DNA of 63,464 bases, the filler included, from Chiloscyllium plagiosum (lineage: Eukaryota): assembly GCF_004010195.1 (NCBI RefSeq). It is 4 parts of one record of this genome, joined end to end, with 100 filler letters (N's around TTAATTAATTAA, not from the genome) between each part and the next. Parts side by side here need not be neighbours in the genome. Positions count along the whole stretch, not along the records: positions 1 to 21,634 come from NC_057717.1; positions 21,735 to 34,921 come from NC_057717.1; 2 more parts are not named here. One strand, 5' to 3'. Made by a program: the position numbers and the translations under genes. Of this stretch, positions 12,716 through 25,410 are shown piece after piece. The stretch's first letter is position 1, and each line of letters begins with the position of its first letter. The notes under the pieces are model-generated. The model searched no databases and had not been told where the DNA came from. It saw only the letters and a list, made by a program, of their open reading frames with translations.

Positions 12716-13229
12716 GTCTAACCGGATGAGTCAGGATTTGAAGAGTCCAATCACAAAAATTAAAACACAAAATAAAGACATTGCCAGATGTTTAGTTCTC
12801 TCACATTCGCAATCCAACTCACATAACCAGTCCATCCATTACATATTCAGGATGGAGCACTGTGTAGATCCGGCTAGTGTGTGCTGAATGCAAGCCAGCT
12901 ATGTCCAAAGTGAACCTCTGTGCAGCCCACACCAATGCTGGATCTATAATCCTGGGCTAAATGTCCAGCGTGAGGAGCTGTGCAGACAGCACTGGTACAT
13001 TCATATATAAACCCAGGCTGTTGCATTGTTCGGTAACACTGCGTTAGATCGCTCCAGGGTGGGGAAAATTGCAGCCAATGTTGGAACTGACAGGACGTGC
13101 AGCTCCCATCCATATACAGCTCCATATCTCCAATGTGCCTTGACAAGGGGTGCTGCAAATATGAAAGTCACTGCGAGGATGTGATGTAATTGGAAACAAT
13201 TTAAATACCAATAGTTATGATTAATGCGC

Positions 13230-15848
13230 CTATCATTCGAGTATTTAAAGATGAAATAACTGAGATAATATCCAGAGATTTTGTAAGTGATGCAAACAAG
13301 TAAGACGAGGGTGGTAATGTTATAGTGGTTGCACTATAAACCTTCAAATAATCAATGGGAATTAGAAGAACAAATATGCAGGGAGACTGGCGAGACTTGC
13401 AGGAGAAATAGGGTTGTCATAATAGGTGATTTTAATTTTCCTAACATAGACGGGGACTTCCAGAGGGTTAAGAACTTAGATTTGGACTGTAATTTGTTAA
13501 GTGTGTTCAGGAAAGTTTCCACAAGCAGCATGTAGAGGATCCTACTCGGGAAGGGACAATCCCGACCAACTGTTGGGAAATAGGGTAGGATAGGTGATGG
13601 AGGTAAAGTGGGGGAGCATTTTGGGAAAAGTTATCAGAGCTGTATTAATGTTAAAATAGGTACAGGAGTGACAAAGTTGGTCCACAGATTCAAGTTCTAA
13701 ATTGGGGCAAGGCGGATTTTGTTGGAATTAGACAGGGGATTGCAGGGCTTGATTAGAGTAGTGTGTTTCAATGAAAAAAGGATCCTGGGCAAGTGGGACG
13801 GCTTCAAAAGTGAGATAGCTCGAGTTCAAGGTCTATATATTCCTGTGAGGATGAAGGGAAAGTGAGGCTGGAAGAGAGAACCCTGGATGACAAGAAATAC
13901 TGAGGCTCTGACCAGAAAAAAAATGAGGCATCGCTCAGGCACAGGCAGCTGGGACCAAGGGAATCCCTGGAGGTACACAGTGGTTACAGAAGCTTACTGA
14001 AGAAGGAAAGCAGCAAGGCGATAAGGGGGTATGAGATAGCCTTGGCTGAGAAGATTAGGGTGAATCCAAATTCAGTATAGGGAAGAAAAAGAACAACTAG
14101 CGAGCGATAGGACGCCTTAAAATCCAAAATGGGCATGCATATGTAAAACCTCAAGAGATGAGTGAGGTCCTCAATTCCCCCTCTGCGTTTATCATGAAGA
14201 AAGACATGAAGACCTGTGACCTTTGGGAAGTTAGTTGCGATATCTTGGTACAGTCCATATCACAGTAGAGGTGCTGTTTGACATATTCGAATGCACAAAG
14301 TCAGATAAATCTCTTGGTCCTGACCAAATGCAACAAAGAACACTGCATGGGGCGAGAGCAGAAAGCTCAGGGGCAAGGTCCCGGAAGACTGGGCAGTAGC
14401 AAGTGTTGTGCCCTTATTCAGAAGGGCTGCAAAGAAAAGCCTGGGAAGTATAGACCAGTAAGCTTCACATCTATTTCCGAAACCACTTGAGAAGGTGTGG
14501 AGATATAAGATATGCATGCATTTGGAAAGACAGAGTTTGACTTGCAGCAGTTAGCATAGCTTTGTGTGTGGCAGATTATGTCTTACAAATTTTGATAGAG
14601 TTTTTATGAGAAAGTGACCAGAAAGGTTGACGAGGGCAGGGTGGTGGACATTGTCTATATGTATTTCAGTAAGGCCTTTGATAAGTTTCCACATGGTAGG
14701 CCGCTCGAGAAGGTTAGATCGAATGGACTCCAAGGTAAACTGGCAAATTGGCGATACAATTGGCTTGACATTATGAAGCAAATAGCTATGGTGGAAGTAT
14801 GCTTGTCGGACTGGAGGCCTGTTACCAGTGGAGTGCCTAAGAGGTCGGTGCTGGGCCCCTTGCTGTTTGTTATCTATATCAATGATTTGGACCAGACTGC
14901 ACAACGCAAGGCTAGTGAGTTTGCAGGTGATATGAAATTAGGAGACATCATTTACAGTGAGGAACGTTATCACAAGTTGCAGCAGTACCTTGACCAGCTG
15001 GGGAAGTGGGATGAAAAAAAGTAAATGGAGTTTAATATAGATAAGTGTGACGTCTTGCATTTTGGAAAGTCAAATCCATGTAGGAGTTTAATGACGAATG
15101 ATAGTGTCTTAAGGCGTGTAAGTGGAACAAAAGGACGTTGGCGACCAGGTGCATGGTTTTCTGAAATTGGAGTCGCAGATATACAGGACAGAGAAGAAGG
15201 CTGTTGGCACACTAGCCTTCATCAGGGCATTGAGTATAGAAGTTGGGACGTTATGTTGCAGTTGTACAGGATGTTGGTCAGGCTGCAGTTGGAGTATTGT
15301 GTTCAGTTTTGTTCACCTTGCCCTAGAAAGGATATTATTGAACAAGAAAGAATGTAGAACAAATTTATAAAGATGTTTCCTGGGATAAAGGCTCTAAGTT
15401 ATAGACAGAGGTTGAACAGTTTAGAACTTAGTTCTTTACAGCGTAGGAAACTGAGAGGGTTCTTATAGAAGTGTAACTCTTATAAAATCATGAGAGGCGT
15501 GCATGTGGTGAATACTTCAAAATTTTATTCCCAAGATTGGGGAATCGAGGACGAGAGGACACCCATTAATGTTTGGAAAGGATAAAAAATATTAAAGGGA
15601 AACTGAGGGGCAACTTATTTTTACGCAGATTATGGAATGCATATGGACTGAGCTGTCAATGGAAGTGGGTGAGGTGGATACAATAACAACATTGAAAAGA
15701 CATTTGGGCAAATACACAGATAGGAAATGTTTAGAGGGATACAGAACAGGGCAGGGAAATGGGGTGAGTCTGGATGGACATTTTGATTAGCATGGACCAG
15801 CTAGGCCAAATGATCAGTCATACTTGCAGTCTTGTGCAATATGACTGT
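13230..15848 (+). mobile_element. Degenerate CR1 LINE ORF2 (endonuclease to RT) and 3' end
   Basis: RVVIIGDFNFPNID (ORF 13329), [38 protein letters not shown] (ORF 14614), MEFNIDKCDVLHFG (ORF 15025). Confidence 0.92.
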
Positions 15849-16097
15849 AAATTAGTGTGTTTTGGGGTGGAGACAGGGTGGGGAGCACTGAACAAAATAT
15901 AATGGAAGGATATGTTCACAGGTTTCGGAATGCTGAAATGAAGACACTTCGATGGTATCATGCAACACGGGTCAGTATTTCGAAGAATTATGAGTGAAAG
16001 GGATATTGCTGTAAGTTCGGGCGATGGAGAGTTTTGGATGAGCATTTGTTCTCCAGCTTTGTAACTGGAGTGAGGACAGCAGAATCTTCACCTCACT

Positions 16098-16650
16098 GGG
16101 CTGAATCTCACAACTAAAAACTGTTTCAGTGCCATTTTCATTGAGTGTGACAAGGGTTGTCTACACGAGGCCGAGCTAGTTTCCTGGTGCTACCAATCCC
16201 ATCTCACTAACTATACATTCCACTCCATAGTTTCCCTCTGATACAATACCAGCCCGATCTCCCACCCATCATGACTGGAGGTACTCACAGTCGCCCGGAT
16301 GCCCCTGGATATTCCATGATCCCTGACACTGGAGCCATCTTTAAAAGGCCAATGGGCATACGGTTGCGCTTTCTCAGTTTGGAACTGCCCTGCACGTTTT
16401 CCTCAAGCATGGCAAGCTAAGGGGAAATTACACCACGGTTTGTCGACAGCAGCACGGAGGACCTGTTGGATGGGCTAGTACAAAAGGGGACCATTCTCTT
16501 CCCAGAGGGGGCCACACTACCAGACCTACTGAGCATGGTCTGAGCTCACCACCCAGCTCAGTGCAGTTTCTGGGGTATGAAGAAATGTCCAGCAAAACAG
16601 GACAAGCATCAATAACATTCCCCACTCTGTCAGGATAAGGGTCACCACAT
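16098..16650 (+). mobile_element. Harbinger element end with decayed Myb/SANT-like ORF (about 16409-16640)
   Basis: GEITPRFVDSSTEDLLDGLVQKGTILFPE..AWSELTTQLSAVSGV*RNVQQNRTSINN resembles the Myb/SANT protein of Harbinger elements. Putative terminus gggctgaatct at about 16098. Confidence 0.65.
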
Positions 16651-17507
16651 TCTTTCTGCTCCCTTACACTCACTGTATATCCGTTATAGCAGCGACCCCC
16701 GAACAAGGCTCTTGCTCCACCACTCTCACTACTGCATGCAGCAATTTCCCTGTCTTTCTCTCTTGCCTTCTAATGCCCCCCCCCCCGCCCCCCCACCCAC
16801 ATAGTTATAGAATATTCTGGTTATTGCCAATAATGGAATGTTCCAGATATTGTTCCAACTAATTCCTAGTTTCAGGAAAACGGCTGTGCCCCAGTATGTA
16901 ACACGTAAGAGGATGGAATAGAGTTGTACGTTTTTCAAATCACACACAATTAAAATCCATCATGAGGCCATTCAGTACTTCAAATATGCTCCAACGTTCA
17001 ATACATTCGGGGGTGATCTGATGGTTTTCCCAGCTCCATGTTAGAGGAACTTTCAGTCATTCAACCCCCATATTCCTGTTACCCAGCAGACGATTCTCAG
17101 ACCCCCAGGTTCCTGTTCCCGAGCAGACGATTCTCAGACACTTTATACCCCGGGTTTCTTCGAGCATGTGTTCAGAAGGCAATTCCCATGGGGAAGAACT
17201 CTCCTTACAATACATTTCATCTGCTTTATAAATTCATGCAACAGTCAGCAGGCTTTCCACAGACCATTCAAAAACATGCACTTATTTTATGGTTATCGAT
17301 ATCCAATCACAATTAGTCATTCTGGTTATTTCACTTGTCTCACCTTACGGTATTCAGACAAAGACAGCTTGCAAACACTTGTCTCATTATAAAATTCAAT
17401 CGCTAGCAGAGAACTTTTTTTTAATCTCAAATACGCCTTTTTCCTTGTCATGAAAGATTCTCATGCCCTTTGCCTGTGACTGATTCTGTGTGCAACAGTT
17501 ATACAGT

Positions 17508-17700
17508 CTCCCACTCAGTTGGCTGGATGGTTGGTTAGTGATGCAGAGGCAGGACACCAGCGCAGGTTCAATTCCCCATACTGACAAAGGTTACCATGAA
17601 GGGGACGCTCTCTCAACCTCACCCCATCACCAGTGTGGTGACCTTCAAAGTAAACTACCATGAGTGGTCTCTCTAATTAGAGTTATTTGGGACTCTAATC
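17508..17700 (+). mobile_element. Degenerate tRNA-derived SINE (non-HE1 family)
   Basis: A-box-like ctcagttggctggatgg and B-box ggttcaattcc, followed by aggttaccatgaagg..ctctcaacctcacc. Confidence 0.5.
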
Positions 17701-18197
17701 TATCAATGTTCGCATTTTTTTATTGAAAAAGATAGTTTTATTATTATATTAAACCATTAACAAAACAACTCAAATAATTGAACAAAATTATACCCATGTG
17801 CAAGTATGTACGAAAAAAGTTAGTGTCGAAACGGACAGAATCAAAACAAAAATAAACAATAAATAATAAATAAGTAATACGACTCAGCATAACGAAATGA
17901 TAGCTCTCGTTCTTCGAGAACATTAACTGATACACATTCATACGTTCATAATTCTTCAGATGTAATTTATTATACAATATCGTCATGGCTATATAAAAAT
18001 CTTTTTTAGAGTGGCAGAGAAGCCTGTATCGCGGTAATCCAAAAAGGGTTGCCATATCTTATATCTGCTTTTCGGTTGCAACATACTGGTGAGAAAGTCC
18101 AAAGGTATATTCTCCATGACGAGCTTAAAACGACCCAGCAGACTCGGCGTTTTTTTTCACACATCCAACACCACAGAATATTTTTCCTACCACAGGA

Positions 18198-19917
18198 AGT
18201 ATGGGGAAGATACTAAACGAGTATTGTGCATCAGTTTTACTGTGGAACACGATATGGACGATATGAAATGTAGGGAAACAGATGGTGACACCTTGCAAAA
18301 TGTCCATATCACAGAGGAGGAAGTGCTGGTGATCTTGTAACGGATAAAGGTGGATAAATCCAAAGGCCTCTTCAGGTTTACCCTAGGATTCTGTGGGAAG
18401 CTACAGAAGTGATTGCTGGGGCTCTTGCTGAGATATCAGTAATATGGATAGTCACAGGTGAAGTGCCAGAAGACAGGTGGTTGGCAAACATGGTGCCACT
18501 CGTTAAGAAGTGTGGTAAGGACAAGCCAGGGAACTATAGACTAGTGAGCCTGACGTTGGTGGTGGGCAGGTTATTGGAGGGAATCCTGAGGGACAGAATG
18601 TGCATGTATTTGGAAAGGCAAGGACTGATTATGGATAATCAGCATAGCTTTGTGCGTGAGAAATCATGTCTCACAAACTTGATTGAGTTTTTTGAGGAAA
18701 TAAAAAAGAGGATTGATGAGGGCAAAGGGATGGATGTGATCTATATGGACTTCAGTAAGGGTTTTGATAAGGTTCCCCATGGGAGACTGAATGGCATGGT
18801 TAGATCTCATGGAATACAGGGAGAAGTCGCCATTTGGATACAGAACTGGCTGAAAGGTAGAAGACAGAGGGTGGTGTTGGAGGGTGGTTTTTCAGACTGG
18901 AGGCTTGTGACTAGTGCAGTGCAACAAGGGTTGGTGCTGGTTTCACTTCTTTTTGTCATTGACATAAAATGATTTGGATGTGAGCATAAGTGGTACAGTT
19001 AGTAAGTTTGCCGATGACATCAAAATTGGAGCTGTAGTGGAGAGCGAAGAGGGTCACCTCAGATTTAACAAAAGACCAATGGGCTGAGAAGTGGCAGATG
19101 GAGTTTAATTCAGATAAATGCGAGGTGCTGCATTTTGAGAAAGAAACTCTTAGCAGGAATTATACACTTAATGGTAAGGTCGCAGGGAGTGTTGCTGAAC
19201 AAAAAGACCTTGGAGTGCAGGTTCATAGCTCCTTGAACGTGGAGTCGGAGGTAGATAGGATAGTGAAGAAGGGTTTGGTATGCTTTGCTTTATGGGTCAG
19301 AGAATTGAGTACGGGAGTTGTAAGATCATGTTGCAGCTGTACAGGACACTGGTTAGGTCACTGTTGGACTATTGTGTGCAATTCTGGTCTCCTTCCTATC
19401 GGAAAGATGTTGTGAAACTTGAAAGGGTTCAGAAAAGATTTCAAGGATGTTGCCAGGGTTGGAGGATTTGCGCTATAGAGAGAAGCTAAACAGACTGGGA
19501 TTGTTTTCGTGGAGCGTCGGAGGCTGAGTGCTGACATTATTGGGGTTTACAAAATTATGAGGGGCATGTGTCGGGTAAATAGGTAAAGTCGTTTCTCTGG
19601 GGTCGAGGAGTCCAGAATGCGAGGGTATAGGTTTAGGGTGAGAGGGGAAAGTTTTAATAGAGAACTACGGGGCAACTATTTCACACAGAGTGTGGTACAT
19701 GTATGGAATGAACTGCCAGGTGATGTCGGGGAATCTGATACAAGTGCAACATTTAAGAGGCATTTGGATGGGTATATGAATAGAAGGGTTTGGAGGGATA
19801 TGGGCCGGGTGCTGGCAGGTGGGACTAGATGGGTTGGGATATCTGGTCGGCATGGATGGGTAGGACCGAAGGGTCTGTTTCCATGCGGTACATCTCTATG
19901 ACTCCATGACTATGACT
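18198..19917 (+). mobile_element. 5'-truncated CR1 LINE with 3' tail
   Basis: ORF 18409-18972 (GNYRLVSLT..NQHSFV..SCLTNL..DVIYMDFSKGFDKVPH). Tail tctatgactccatgactatgact. Confidence 0.95.
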
Positions 19918-20674
19918 TATACTAATCTCTGATTTTTAGTGCACCATGCTGGTGAGAAAGTCCAAAGGGATATTCTCCATGATGAGCTCACAAAGACCCA
20001 ACAGACCTGGGGAGTTTTCAGACATCCAACACAACAGAATATTTTTCCTAGCACAGTAAGGATTTTTTTCCCATGTGCATCTGCGTAAGATACTCTGGGC
20101 AGGCCCAGGAAAAGAGAAATCGCGTCCATCTCTAATTCGGTCCCCAACATCCACTCGACCACGCCCAATACAGTGCTCCAATATATAAAGCCTGCAGCAG
20201 GACCACATGCAATGAGTAAGAGTGCCTGTCATCATTCTGTATTAAGGACATGCTGACGATACTCCCACTTTGAATTTTGAGAGAAAACCTGGGTTCAGCT
20301 GGAACTTGTGAACAAGTTTCAATTGCATGGAATGGGTCCTATTTGCGATCAAAATCCTTCGAGCATTTTCACAAATATCCTCCCATGTCTCTGAAAAGAT
20401 CTAAAACCCCAACACTGTTGCACAGATGTCACGAAGCTGCACAGTCTTGTCTGAGGGGACACTCACCAACAAATGATAAAGGGTACTGACAGAGAGTGCA
20501 TTCTTTACAATAATCACCTGCTTCTCTGTATCGGATCCATAAGTGTCTGTTAAAATTGTGTTTTTTAATCAAATCTCTAATCTTGAAAAAAAAACCAGAA
20601 GAAGTCTCTACTCGGTAGTCCATACTTACGAGTTATTTGATCAAATGATATCATTGTTTCTCCCTCAAGTAACA

Positions 20675-21002
20675 TATCGTAGCTCAGTGGTTTGAACTGC
20701 TGACTCACAGCACCAGGTTCACGGGTTTGGTTCCACCTTGGGTGACTGGCTGTGAGGCGTTAGTATATTCTCAACTGTGTCTGCGCAGGTTTACTCCCAC
20801 AGTCACAAACTTGTGCAGGTTAGATGACTTGGCCATTGCTTAATCGCTCATAGTGTTCCACGATCTGTAAGTTGGGGCATTAGTCAGGGTAAAGAGAGGA
20901 TGGTAGGGGAATGGGTCTGAGTGGGTTACTCTTCAGAGTGTCGAAGTAGACTTGCTGGGCCCAAGGACCTGTTTCCACACTGTAGGGATTCTAGTAATTC
21001 CA
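20675..21002 (+). mobile_element. HE1-type V-SINE
   Basis: tRNA-like head gtagctcagtggtttgaactgctgactcacagcaccagg and tail ggacctgtttccacactgtagggattct. Confidence 0.85.
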
Positions 21003-21634
21003 AGGGAATTGGAAGGCGAGGGGGGTGCCTTCCCAAGCAAGGCACCCCCCTCGCTGCCCACAGTTTAAACCTGGAATCCATTATCCCCGGTGGACAACCA
21101 GGTATACAAATTATAGGGGTATGAAAGATGGTTTTAGCTGTATTGTCCTAGATCTGACGCAATATCCTTCAAGTTTTACCAGTATTAATAATCATTAGTT
21201 TATGACAATATTCCATACATGTTGTCATTTTATCGAAGAACAACAGTCTAATAAGGGTTCACTTTGTCTGAGAGGGCTCAATGTCTAGCCATATTGATGC
21301 CCAGAACTCAGCGGCCCAGGCACTAACACAGGATGAAATAAAAACTTAACTGACTGTTTTTAATCGGGGAGATATACTCCCCACAATCTGTGGGGCAGTT
21401 GCAATTTTATTAGCTAGATAAGGAATCGTTTATGGTGCCAAATAAAAGAGCTAAATCAGCCATTATGTTTCCGAAATATCTGTTTGGGAAACATCATGGA
21501 AAGCATTCACACGGGGTGAAGGAAATGAGGAAGGACATTCATTTTAATAAAAGCTATTGGACCTAGCCAGGATATTGAAAATGCCTCCCATCTTTGAAGG
21601 TCTTGTTTAATTTTGTCAAACAAATGGACATAGT

Positions 21635-21734
21635 NNNNNNNNNNNNNNNNNNNNNNNNNNNNNNNNNNNNNNNNNNNNTTAATTAATTAANNNNNNNNNN
21701 NNNNNNNNNNNNNNNNNNNNNNNNNNNNNNNNNN
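21635..21734. other. Artificial 100-bp scaffold spacer (44 N + TTAATTAATTAA + 44 N); identical spacers at 34922-35021 and 51748-51847
   Basis: The same 44/12/44 layout occurs three times, and the 12-mer is palindromic and rich in TAA stops. Confidence 0.95.
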
Positions 21735-23069
21735 TAGTGAAGCCAGTTGTGAGGGAGAATGATGGGTGTTATCTTTTCATAGGCGAGATGATTTTGCTCT
21801 GTTGTCCGTTTACTATGCTGTAACCATCTCTCCCCAAATCCATCCACCCCCTCCCCCCCAAAAGAATCACAATCAGGATGTTTTTACTGTGCTGATCTCT
21901 CCTCCACGGGAACAAACGCTAGCGAACAGATTGTCAATGGGCACAGTTGTCCTGAACATAGACAGGAAGTGTGGGCTTCTCTGAATATTCCTCTCCCTGC
22001 TCTAATAAGGCGACTTTGGAACTTCCATAGGGAATATGCTTCAGTAATTAATTTTTTACAAATTGAGAAAATTCTAAATGCAGTTTTATTTGCTGTAAAG
22101 CAGTATTTTTTAACACATTTTGGCCTCAGTCCAAAACCAAAAGTGATAATTACAATGAACTTATTCATTAAGACTTATGAATTAATAAGTCAGGTTCGAC
22201 TGAATATGACATTGGCTGTGAGCTAAGGCGGATTGGGGGCAGTGGCTGCGGAGAATGCATGGGGAGACATTGATATTCCCCAGTCATCATCACTCTTTCT
22301 GACAGACAGAATTAAATCTAATCCACAACAGGGAAACAGCCAACATTTGGGAGATGTAATGCTGAATGAAAATGTGATCTGAAAAGGATAATTTTAAATG
22401 TGATAAAATGAACAATATTTTATATACACACCATTTAATCTTTGGGTATACAGCCTGAGTAGGATCACAGGACCTGAAACATTAGCTTTGCTTTCTCTTC
22501 ACAGATATTGCCAGACATGCTGAGCTTGCCCTCTAAGTTCTGTTTTTTTTTTGTTTGAGATTGATCGTATTGTTCATATCTGGAAGGATACTTACAATTA
22601 AAAGCAGACACTAATAACAAAATTTGAAGAGCTATGGGGACAATAGAGGAGATTAACAGTAGAGATATAGTCAGTCCAAGCTGGAAGAGACAATGGGCTG
22701 AGTTTCCCCCACTTTTGCTATAATTAATTCTGTGATATGTAATCAAAACCTTTGGAGAGGGTGTAGACAAGCTAGTTTAATGAAAGATACAGAGTGTTCC
22801 ATCATCAATACTCTATTCCTAATATCTCATGAATTTTCAGCTGGCTCTGAAATGCCTTTTCAATCAAAGTGGAGTTCCTGAGATTTGCAGGATATTCAGA
22901 AAAACATTTTTTTTTTACTTTGAATCTTAAAGAGGAAACAGATTTCGGTTGCAACACAGGTGTCCCAGACACACCAACTATAACAGGAACAGAAAAGGAC
23001 GACATTGTCCATAAATAACGAAATTCAACATGTAACCCTGTCAACACAACATGAAACATAGTGATATGG

Positions 23070-23275
23070 AAACCTGAAATACAAACTGAAAATGGTGGAG
23101 AAACGCAACAGATAAGGAAGTATCTGCAGAGAGAAACAGAGTTAATATATCGAATATGATGTGACACTGTTCTGAAAAAGTCATATTGGAATCAAAGGTT
23201 AATTCTGTGTATCTCTGCTCAGAGGGTGCCAGGCCTGCTGAGTTTCCCTCATTCGATTTCTTTTTCTTTCTGAAC
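23070..23275. mobile_element. Old fold-back PLE-type terminal repeat pair (related half copies at about 22465-22545 and 51930-52030)
   Basis: Imperfect inverted arms: gaaacgcaacag..atctgcagagagaaacagagttaa versus ttaattctgtgtatctctgctcagag..ctgctgagtttc. Confidence 0.55.
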
Positions 23276-23384
23276 TGTGACAAATTGACTGATCTAAATG
23301 ATATAAGCAAAGCTGCTATCTCAGTTGAATCTCGAATAATTTTTTATGGATATTAAATCAGAAATTACAAAGTTCCTATGTTTC

Positions 23385-23657
23385 ACAGGGCTCTAAATAT
23401 CGATGACGTATTGCATTGTGAGACAAACCAATTGCGAGACACTGACTTTTGCATAGATACATCTTGGATATTCTGTGAAGAGGTCACCCAGTCTACCTTT
23501 AGTTTCCCCAAAGTAGGGCAGCCCACAATGTGAGCAGCGAATGCAGTAGATTGGATTGTGGGAAATGTTTGTAAACGCAGCTTCACCTGGGAGGTATGTT
23601 TGGCCTCTTGGATAGTGAGGAGGGTGGAGGTAAATGGGAAATGTAACACCCCTGGCA

Positions 23658-23696
<39 letters not shown>

Positions 23697-25410
23697 GTTG
23701 GGAGTGAATAACGAGCGGACGAGGGTGTCCTGGAGGAAGTGGTCCTTCAGAAGACGGAAAAGGGAGAGGAGGCAAATATGTGTCTAGTGGTGGCATCTCG
23801 CTGGACGTGGGGTAAATGCGGACTGATGATCTTTTGCATGTGAATGCTAGTGGGATGGTCGGTAAGGACAAGGGGAACTCTAACGCTGTTGCAGGCGGGA
23901 AAAAAAGAGGCTGAGGGTAAAAGTGCAGGAGATGGGTCGGAACTGGTTGAGGGCCCTGTTGATAACAGTGCTGGGGAGTTCTTGGGTGAGGAAGAAGGTG
24001 ACATATCAGAGGCCACATTTTTGTAGTTAACATCATCAGAAGCAATGCGATGGAGACGGAAGAACTGAGAGAATTAATTGAAGTCTTTGCAGGAAACAGG
24101 TTGTGAGGATGTATACTCCAGGTAGCTCTGGGAGTTGGTGGGTTAATGCTGGATATCAGTGGCCGGTCTATGACCAGAAATAGAACAGAGATGTCGAGGA
24201 AAGGAAGGGAGGAGTCAGAGATAGACCAGGTGAAAATGAGAGAGGGGTGCAAATTGGAAGCGATTAACTTTTCCAATTTTGGAGAAGAGAGAGGAGAAGC
24301 AGCGACGAAATCACCTACCTATCGGAGAAAGAGTTGTAGATGGGGGCTGAAATGGAACTGGAACAAGGAAATGTCGACGTACCCCATGAAGAAACAGATA
24401 TAACTTGGGCCCATGTCTGTATCCATGCATCCCGTCTGTGTGGCAGGAGCATGCTGAAGCAATGGGTCTGTCCAGACAGTTCTGTTCGTGGGTTTTCAGG
24501 AGCAGATAAAAGCGAACTCTGCTATCAGATGACCATCATTTTCTGGTCAGTTAGGTGGGGGTGAGTATGTGTGTGTGTTTGTATGGGGGGGGTGGTGAGT
24601 GCGTGAGAATCTCCAGATGAAATGTCTTCAGATTTATTTAATAAAATAACCTGATGTGCCATGGTAGGGATATGGACAAGAGGGTGATATGTGGAGGTAT
24701 CTGAGAGCTGGCACTCAGCCTCTGAAGTGTAGAGCTGAGTCCACCAGACTACCACAATACCACCCCTATTGGAACAGGCTGTAAAACATAGTCAGGTTTG
24801 GATCGAAGCATACAGCATGCAGTCTGTTCAGAGAGTGATAGGTTGGATCGGGTGAGGGGGATACAGAGAATTTAAGACAACCAAACTCCCATGGAGCGTT
24901 CTCAATGAACAGATTGAGTTCAAGTAAACGCCAGAGGAATGGGTCCAGGTGGAGGGAGAGTGTTGGGGCTGGGCGAACGGCCTATGGGATGGGGAGTGTA
25001 CTCTTGCACGAAGAAATGGACACCGAGGAGAAGACGGTGGAAGAGGAGTTAAACATTATGTTGCGCCTGAAATTCATTAAATTGGGGGCAAAGAGGGATA
25101 AAGCTGAGATCTTTGCTGAGTACAGAACATTCAGCATTAGAGCGTGGAAGGTTAGAAGGGATGGTGAATACACGACAGGAGGTGGTCTTGCGGAAGGGGA
25201 TGGACTCAGATTACAGGGCATGGGTGGCAGGTGCCAGAGGCTCATAGGCATCTCTAAGTCATTCCATTTTGTGGGCCTCGTATATCTGGCGAGCATGGCG
25301 AATGAGCTGGAGAATGAAATAGAATTGGGGAACAGTGCAGCCTTGAACCAATGTGATGTGATGCTGTTGAACAGAGAAAGTGTTGATCTCAGTGGTAATG
25401 ACACTGTACG
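23385..25410 (-). mobile_element. Degenerate Penelope-like element (RT and GIY-YIG)
   Basis: LHPSLIFTWSISDSSLPFLDISV (ORF 23383-24276), VPLVLTDHP (ORF 23747), VVWWTQLYTSEAECQLSDTSTY (ORF 24525). Contains a G35 run at 23661-23695. Confidence 0.85.

Larger units (their letters stand above)
17715..21634 (-). mobile_element. L1-like LINE ORF2 3' portion (17715-18197 and 19916-21634), interrupted by a CR1 and a SINE
   Basis: CARKNILLCWMSENSPGLLGLCELIMENIPLDFLTSMVH, GTLTHCMWSC (ORF 19936-20235) and FFFKIRDLIKK resemble the fish L1 ORF2 C-terminus. The sequence at 17715-17880 is A-rich on + (T-rich on the element strand). Confidence 0.75.

Noticed and set aside
20675..20750. tRNA-like A/B boxes as tRNA genes (also 27760-27817 and 48200-48260)
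   Set aside because: They are SINE heads continuous with V-SINE bodies and show no complete cloverleaf.
21679..21690. TTAATTAATTAA islands inside N runs (also 34966-34977 and 51792-51803)
   Set aside because: The identical 44N-12-44N layout marks a synthetic scaffolding spacer, not biology. It also means linkage across these points is unverified.
22860..23000. SGVPE..FTLNL..D followed by CACACCA-12 bp-ACAGAAAAG as an Ig light V relic
   Set aside because: No Cys/Trp framework and a poor heptamer and nonamer; indistinguishable from chance.
23661..23695. G35 run as a functional G-quadruplex
   Set aside because: It is a homopolymer inside a decayed PLE, with unreliable length and no supporting context.
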